Part shown: one piece after another, positions 57,951 to 64,000 of the stretch | How the letters are laid out: every line of letters starts with the position of its first letter | Numbering within the stretch: position 1 is the stretch's first letter | Virus record (IMG/VR): IMGVR_UViG_3300026196_000001 | Strand: one strand, 5' to 3' | DNA length: 64,000 nucleotides | Source: an uncultured virus (IMG/VR IMGVR_UViG_3300026196_000001) | Taxonomy: Duplodnaviria; Heunggongvirae; Uroviricota; Caudoviricetes | The notes under the pieces: model-generated | What the model saw: only the letters and a program-made list of their open reading frames with translations | Database searches by the model: none | Told to the model about the DNA's origin: nothing | Program-made: the position numbers and the translations under genes

Positions 57951-59735
57951 ATGGCGTCACACGCAGGAACCACCGACACCGGGGTGAGGGCCGACATCTT
58001 CGGCTACCTCCCCGGCCGATCTGCGGGCTTTGGGATCCCCTTCCACCAGACTGACTACCCGTTCGTCAGCAAGGTCCCCGAGGAGGACCTCAGCGGGGCG
58101 GTGACTGCCGACGGTGGGGCGGCCTCGTCTAAGACGATCTCCACGCACGCCGGGAACGCAGACGACGTTGTGACCTTCGCGGATGCGTGGTTCGAGCAGG
58201 TCCACATCCTCCCTCGGGCCAAGTTCGAGTTCGGCAACATCATCACGCTGATCGAGGACAGCTATGAGATCTACTCGGCCTACCGCAACACGGACGTGAC
58301 GCTCACCACCATCACCAACAACGCCAGCCCGGGCGTCGACCTCCCCGGAGTGAGCGCGCCGCTGTTGGTCCCGGCCCTCTCGTCCATCCTCGACTCCTCC
58401 ACGACTGACAACAGTGCAGGCACCGGCCTCGGTACGATCATCCTCACGAAGATCCAGGCCCTCGCCCAGGGTCTCCCCATCTTCGACACCTCGGTCGACT
58501 TCACCTTCGACTCCGGCGACATGCCCCAGCTCTTCGTGTCTGGGCAGCGCATCGTCCTCCTGCCCACCGAGTATGAGACTCCCGTCAAGGAGACACTGGC
58601 CTTCCTCACCGACGTGATCGAGTCCATGAGTGGAGAGGAGCAGCGCATCGCACTCCGGACGAACCCGCGCCAGATCTTCACTGTGACCTACCGCCTGGAC
58701 ACCGATGAGCGCCAGCGGATGCAGGCTATGCTCATGGACTGGCAGGGCAAGACCTTCGGCTTCCCGCTCTGGCACGAGAAGGTGCTCACCACGGCAGCGG
58801 TCTCGATCGGCGCGACCTCATACCCCATCTCCGGTGGCGACGACGTGGACTTCCGTGTGGGCGGCACGGCCGTCATCATCACCGACGAGCTGACCTTCGA
58901 TGTGATCACGATCACCGCGAAGACGGACACCTCCATCACCGCAGATAGCGGCTCGGTGAACGCCTACCCAGCAGGCAGCACGATCATGCCGATGCGTGCC
59001 GCGATCATCCAGCGTTCCGTCGAGGGGACCCGCCACAAGGTCAACCTCCAGGACTTCCACGTAACCTTCCAGGTCCTGGACAACGACTCCGGAGCACTCG
59101 CCGGAAGCACCACCCCAGGATTCTGGTCCGTCTACGACGGGCGGGTCCTGTTCGACGACTGCAACGTCACGGACGGGGGAATGCAGGAGAGCCACTACCA
59201 GCGCGTCTACCGGGTGGACAACTTCACTGGCGTGGTGACGCAGGACACGGCGTGGGACAAGAACAAGCACAGCTCCGACAAGAACTTCGTCGCCCGCAGC
59301 AGGGCTGAGATCATGCAGCTGCGCAACGTGCTGCTTGCCCTCCGTGGACGGCAGAAGGCGTTCTGGCTCCCGACGTTCATCGAGGACCTCACCCCCGTCG
59401 CCCCGCTCGGCTCTGGGCTTGCGACCATGGACATCCAGTCTGTCGGCTACGTGCGCTTCATCCAGGACCGCAACCCGAAGAAGGTGCTGCGCATCTCCTT
59501 CACCAACGGCGACCCGGATCTCGTCCGCGTGGTCCAGAGCAGCGCGACCGTGAGCACGAGCGTAGAGCGGCTGACGCTCGACACCACGTGGCCCTCCAAC
59601 TACACGGTGGCGGACATCGACCGAATCCAGTTCTACGAGCTGTCCCGCTTCAACTCCGACAACGTCAACATCATCTACCCGCGCATCGGCCTCGCCCAGG
59701 TCAACATGCCGGTGAGGACGGTCTTCGATGAGTAG
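57951..59735 (+). CDS. Distal tail-like structural protein
   Basis: E.L.FLTDV.....G.EQR.ALR..PR, LRGRQKAFWLPT. Confidence 0.78.
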   Translation: MASHAGTTDTGVRADIFGYLPGRSAGFGIPFHQTDYPFVSKVPEEDLSGAVTADGGAASSKTISTHAGNADDVVTFADAWFEQVHILPRAKFEFGNIITLIEDSYEIYSAYRNTDVTLTTITNNASPGVDLPGVSAPLLVPALSSILDSSTTDNSAGTGLGTIILTKIQALAQGLPIFDTSVDFTFDSGDMPQLFVSGQRIVLLPTEYETPVKETLAFLTDVIESMSGEEQRIALRTNPRQIFTVTYRLDTDERQRMQAMLMDWQGKTFGFPLWHEKVLTTAAVSIGATSYPISGGDDVDFRVGGTAVIITDELTFDVITITAKTDTSITADSGSVNAYPAGSTIMPMRAAIIQRSVEGTRHKVNLQDFHVTFQVLDNDSGALAGSTTPGFWSVYDGRVLFDDCNVTDGGMQESHYQRVYRVDNFTGVVTQDTAWDKNKHSSDKNFVARSRAEIMQLRNVLLALRGRQKAFWLPTFIEDLTPVAPLGSGLATMDIQSVGYVRFIQDRNPKKVLRISFTNGDPDLVRVVQSSATVSTSVERLTLDTTWPSNYTVADIDRIQFYELSRFNSDNVNIIYPRIGLAQVNMPVRTVFDE

Positions 59736-60555
59736 CTTCGACACCTATGAGAGCAGCCTGGAAAGCTCGCGCCCGATCGAGATCTACAAGTTCTCGATGG
59801 GCTCAACCACCTGGACCTACACCAGCTGGAGCCAGGACGTCACGGTGTCCTCTGTCCTCTACGCGGCCACCCCGATCAAGCGCTCGCGCATCGTGCAGGC
59901 GGCCGACCAGAAGACCCGCAACACACTGGTGACGGTCCCGAGCGAGAACCCGTTCGCCGCTCAATACATCAACGTCTCTCCGGGCGAGAAGGCGACGCTG
60001 ACCATCTTCCGCCTACAGCCAGACGAGGTCCCGACGTTCGACACGCAAGTCATGATCTTCAAGGGGACCGTGCAGGCCGTGACCTTCCCTCGCGACGGCT
60101 ACACCTCCGAGATCGTGGTCCGCAGTATCGAATCTGCCAAGAACCAGAACCTGCCGCGCGTCACCTACATGGGGATGTGCCAGCACTCCCTCTATGACGG
60201 CGCGTGCGGTGTCGACTCCGGCCTGTTCAACTTCGTCGGCCCGGTCGCCTCCGGCGGCACGACCGCCGAAATCACCGTCACCGGGGCTAACTCCAAGCCG
60301 GACGGCTACTGGACCGCCGGGTATGTAACCCCCCTGTCGGGCAGCCAGGACTTCCGGTTCATCGTCAAGCACGTCGGCAACGTCCTGACCCTGCTCCTGC
60401 CCTTCGCCTCCGACGTGTCCGGGCAGAACGTCCAGGTCTTCGCTGGCTGCGACCACGTCGCAACAGGCGACTGCAAGACGAAGTTCGAGAACGTGCTTGA
60501 GTTCGGCGGCTGTCCGTTCGTCCCCAATCGTAACCCCTTCTCCAGTGGTTTGTAG
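59728..60555 (+). CDS. DUF2163/BR0599 family tail protein
   Basis: C.H.LYD..CGV; AGCD.....C..KF.N...FGG.PFVP..NPF. Confidence 0.88.
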   Translation: MSSFDTYESSLESSRPIEIYKFSMGSTTWTYTSWSQDVTVSSVLYAATPIKRSRIVQAADQKTRNTLVTVPSENPFAAQYINVSPGEKATLTIFRLQPDEVPTFDTQVMIFKGTVQAVTFPRDGYTSEIVVRSIESAKNQNLPRVTYMGMCQHSLYDGACGVDSGLFNFVGPVASGGTTAEITVTGANSKPDGYWTAGYVTPLSGSQDFRFIVKHVGNVLTLLLPFASDVSGQNVQVFAGCDHVATGDCKTKFENVLEFGGCPFVPNRNPFSSGL

Positions 60556-60556
60556 G

Positions 60557-60964
60557 ATGGCTATGACGGGTGCAGAGCGGAAGCGTAAGTATAGAGCCAC
60601 TGAGAAAGGGAAGGCTGCACAGAAAAAGCAGTATGAACGATTCAGGGAGCGTCTGGCCGGAGATCCGGACCTCCGACGTCACGTCCGTGATCAGCAGTTC
60701 AAGCAGCATCATGGGGTAGACCGCCCGGAGGCGGACCGTATGATAGATGAGCAGGGTGGCCTGTGTGCGATCTGCGGAAAACCAGCCTCCGGGAAGGGTC
60801 ACTGCTCTCGCCTGCACGTGGACCACGACCACAAGACAGGCGCAGTGCGCGGGATGCTCTGCCATCGCTGCAACGCAGGGCTGGGGCAGTTCGGTGACGA
60901 TTCGTTAGTTCTGGAAGCGGCACTCGCGTATCTGAAGAAGCACGCCAAGGAGACGTCTTCATGA
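60557..60964 (+). mobile_element. Endonuclease VII-like homing endonuclease gene
   Basis: Q.G.CAIC, LHVDHDH.TG.VRG.LC..CN.GLG.F.D. Confidence 0.88.
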
Positions 60965-63900
60965 GAGCCTCAGATCACCCCGTAATCGACTTCGGCGCTC
61001 CTCTGAGGGCTTTGTCATACTGGCCCCGCAAGATCGTCTGTGGGACGCTCCTGGCGCTCCTGGGGCACTCCCTGTGGGTCCACAGCCAGCCGCGCCCCGA
61101 TGGAGCCCCGGCGGAGGCCTTCCTGCTGACCCTGGCCCTGTTTGCGGTGGCCGTGGTCCTCCAGGAGCTGCTGCGCCCGAAGCCCCAGATCGAGGACGCC
61201 CGCCCCGCCGGACTGGGCGACTTCAGCTTCCCCACCGCCACCGAGGGCCGGGTGATCCCGCTCGTCTTCGGGCGGAACAAGCTGAAGGGCCCCAACGTGA
61301 TCTGGTATGGAGACCTCACCCAGGATGCCGTGAAGGAGACCCAGAAGACCGGGCTTTGGTCGAAGACCACCTTCATCAAGGGCTGGAAATACAAGGTCGG
61401 CTTCCAGTTTGGCCTCTGCCGCGGCGACGACACGATCCCTGTTGTCCTGCGCCGAGTCTGGGTCGGGGAGGACGAGGTCTTCTCCGGGTCCGTCGCCTCG
61501 GGTGGACGCTTCGACATCGACGAGCCCACGCTCTTCGGCGGGGACGATCTCGGCACCGGCGGCATCCAGGCCACCTGCGACTTCTACGGCGGCACCTCCA
61601 CACAGGCCGTCAACGCCTACCTGGACGACCCGGCCCGGCAGCAGATCGCCATGGCGACGGCCACGGACACCGCCCCCCGCTACACCGGCACCTGCCACCT
61701 CGTCGTGCGCGAGATGACTGGCGCGGCCCCATCGGCCTCCAACCTGGGGGCCTACGTCGGCAACTCCACGAACATCCCCGCCTGGGCGTTCGAGATCGAG
61801 CGCTACCCGGACCTCTTCTCCGGGCAGACCGGCTCAGAGAACAAGGTGGGCGTGGACTGCAACCCCATGAACGTGATCTACGAGGTCCTGACCAACAGCG
61901 ACTGGGGCTTCGGCTTCCCGGCGGCCGACATCGACGTCGGCGTGGGCAGCTCGTTCCTCCTGGCGAGCGACTCCCTGATCGCGGAGGGTAACGGTTTCTC
62001 GATGATCGTGGACAAGGCCATGACCGCCGCGGACTTCCTGGCCGAGCTGGAGCGCCAGATCGGCGGAGTCCTGTTCCTCGACCAGCGCACGGGCCTGTGG
62101 ACCGTCAACCTCGCCCGGGAGTCCAGCCACGGCTACTTCGGCTGGGACATCAACACGGTCCCGCAGCTGAGCGACAGCAACGTCAAGTCGGTCTCCGACT
62201 TCAGCCGCGGCTCGTGGGAGGACACCACGAACCAGATCGCCGTCCAGTTCCACAAGCGCGACGATGACTACAAGGAGAGCTACGCGATCGCCCAGGACAT
62301 GGCGAACGCGATGATCCAGGGCGGCGGCACCGTCACCAGCCGGAAGCTGGTCAGCGCCCAGGTGGTGTTCCCGGGAGTGAAAGACAGCGACCTCGCGAGC
62401 AACCTCGCATGGCGCGAGCTGCGCAGCCAGAGCTTCCCGCTCGCCCGTGGGAAGTTCACTGTCAGCCGCCAGTTCTGGGATCTGAAGGTCGGCAGCGTGG
62501 TCGCCTGGACCACGACCAAGCTCGGCTTCACGAAGCTCCCGATGCGCGTGATGTCGATCGACTACGGGCTCCTCCAGGACAACAAGATGGAGGTGGTCCT
62601 GGTGCAGGACGTCTTCAGCTTCGCTGCGGCGAGCTACGGCTCCCCGGCCGCGTCCGGCTGGACCGCGCCGAGTGTGGCCCTGTCTGCCTACCCGAGCACC
62701 GAGCAGCTCGTGCAGGAAGCCCCCCGCGCACTCATCGTCCGGGACCCGGACTACCTCGGCGACGCCAACATCTCGAAGGTCCACTGCGCCACGCACCGCC
62801 AGGGCGGAGAGGCTACGTTCGACATCACGCAGCGCAACTCCTCGGGCACCCCGAGCGGGGCCTACGCCGACGCCGGACAGGTGGTGTCGTTCTCCCTGCT
62901 CGGTGAGCTGAAGACCGCGCTCGCCGCGGGCACCGCCATCCCGACCACCACCATCACCATCACGCCGTCCGACGACAGCCAAGCCGCACTGGAGAGCGCC
63001 TTCAACGATGCCGCGACCCTGACCGACATCGGGCAGTCGCTCCAGCACCTGATCAAGGTCGGCAACGAATACATGCTGGTCTCGTCCGCCGCGAACAACG
63101 TGTCCGACGTCGACCTCCAGAACGTCTACCGCGGAGCGCTGGACAGTGCCCAGATGTCGCACGCAGCCGGGACCAAGGTCTGGCTGCTCTTCACGGGCTC
63201 CGGGCTCAGCGACACCATCTTCCCGAACACCAACAACGTGGACATCGAGCTGCGCATGAAGTCTGCCGCATCGCGCTTCTCGGGCTCGGTGACCACCGTG
63301 AGTCAGGCGATGGCCCAGCGGGCGGTCCGCCCCTACCCGCCCGCTGCCCTGCTCTACAACGGCTCTTCGACGGAGTTCGGCGCGATCGACCTGGAGGCAG
63401 ATGGCTCCGGCCTGAATGGCGTCGGCTTCGACGTCGACTGGTGGCGGCGTGCCTACACCACTCCCGACGAGGTGCTGTCCCTGACCGCGGACGACGCCGG
63501 TGTGGATGCCAGCACTGAATATCGAGTGTCGGTCTACGTAGACCCGACCGGCTCGAACGTCCTCGCCTACCAGTCCTCCTGGGCAACCGGAGCTTCGCTC
63601 GGCACGCGCCCGACTCAGGCCGAGATCGCCAATGAGGCCGCTGCTGGGACCGAGATCCGCGTGCGCATCGAGACGCGCCACGACTATTCCGACTCGAAGG
63701 AGACGCTCACCAACCTGGAGAGCCGCTACACCCTCGACCACGACGTCACGCCCACCAGCTCCCGGAGCAGCCACTTCTACCTCGGCGGAGACCTCTCCGG
63801 CGGCGTCGGCTCGAACGTCTACACCGCAGCCGCCTCCGGCACGTTCACCGTCAACATCGGCGCGATCTTCAACAGCCAGATCCAGTATCGCATCAACGGC

Positions 63901-64000
63901 GGCACGTGGACCAACCTCTCAGGATACACCCCCAACGTCAGCACGACCGGCACCATCCCCGGTGTGGTCGCCACAGACACCATCGAACTGAAGCACCTCA
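60961..64000 (+). CDS. Tail tip/central hub protein (3' truncated; absent from ORF track)
   Basis: Frame 1 appears open to window end; FPTATEGR.IP.VFG...LKGPNVIWYGD, GWKY..G.QFGLC.G, DCNP...IYE.LTN.DWG. Confidence 0.88.
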   Translation, partial: MRASDHPVIDFGAPLRALSYWPRKIVCGTLLALLGHSLWVHSQPRPDGAPAEAFLLTLALFAVAVVLQELLRPKPQIEDARPAGLGDFSFPTATEGRVIPLVFGRNKLKGPNVIWYGDLTQDAVKETQKTGLWSKTTFIKGWKYKVGFQFGLCRGDDTIPVVLRRVWVGEDEVFSGSVASGGRFDIDEPTLFGGDDLGTGGIQATCDFYGGTSTQAVNAYLDDPARQQIAMATATDTAPRYTGTCHLVVREMTGAAPSASNLGAYVGNSTNIPAWAFEIERYPDLFSGQTGSENKVGVDCNPMNVIYEVLTNSDWGFGFPAADIDVGVGSSFLLASDSLIAEGNGFSMIVDKAMTAADFLAELERQIGGVLFLDQRTGLWTVNLARESSHGYFGWDINTVPQLSDSNVKSVSDFSRGSWEDTTNQIAVQFHKRDDDYKESYAIAQDMANAMIQGGGTVTSRKLVSAQVVFPGVKDSDLASNLAWRELRSQSFPLARGKFTVSRQFWDLKVGSVVAWTTTKLGFTKLPMRVMSIDYGLLQDNKMEVVLVQDVFSFAAASYGSPAASGWTAPSVALSAYPSTEQLVQEAPRALIVRDPDYLGDANISKVHCATHRQGGEATFDITQRNSSGTPSGAYADAGQVVSFSLLGELKTALAAGTAIPTTTITITPSDDSQAALESAFNDAATLTDIGQSLQHLIKVGNEYMLVSSAANNVSDVDLQNVYRGALDSAQMSHAAGTKVWLLFTGSGLSDTIFPNTNNVDIELRMKSAASRFSGSVTTVSQAMAQRAVRPYPPAALLYNGSSTEFGAIDLEADGSGLNGVGFDVDWWRRAYTTPDEVLSLTADDAGVDASTEYRVSVYVDPTGSNVLAYQSSWATGASLGTRPTQAEIANEAAAGTEIRVRIETRHDYSDSKETLTNLESRYTLDHDVTPTSSRSSHFYLGGDLSGGVGSNVYTAAASGTFTVNIGAIFNSQIQYRINGGTWTNLSGYTPNVSTTGTIPGVVATDTIELKHL

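Noticed and set aside
9715..63774. Long minus-strand ORFs (e.g. 9715-11394, 49218-50834, 51836-52963, 61834-63774)
   Set aside because: Antisense shadows of high-GC3 genes with no motifs
1..64000. tRNA/rRNA genes, integrase, reverse transcriptase/DGR, stop-codon reassignment
   Set aside because: None recognised; genes tile cleanly under the standard code using all three stops

Overview
64 kb of a high-GC, long-tailed (siphovirus-type) dsDNA phage, almost all on the + strand. 1-25.3 kb is a replication/nucleotide-metabolism and accessory arm: RecD/Dda helicase, class II RNR homolog, aGPT-Pplase1/5-hmdU-kinase-helical-domain homolog, PolA, exonuclease, primase-helicase, DUF5664, phosphoesterase, ClpP, secreted proteins. 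Its gene content recalls YuA/M6-like phages. 26-33 kb is a repeat-rich putative early/terminal region: small genes with duplicated leaders, a SAM-lyase-like gene, and non-coding blocks holding about 23 copies of the palindrome CCCATG-S-CATGGG. 33-64 kb is morphogenesis: TerS, intein-containing TerL, portal, head, tail, frameshifted chaperone, tape measure, truncated tail tip. The most unusual signal is a set of intact, collinear genes whose catalytic residues are replaced: an RNR lacking all three active-site cysteines, a degenerate DNA-hypermodification enzyme, a free-standing extein-less intein and an HNH with His->Trp. Also notable are a Pro1 terminase intein, apparent avoidance of several restriction palindromes and the architecture of the early region. 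Family assignments come from motif recognition by eye; no database searches were run.
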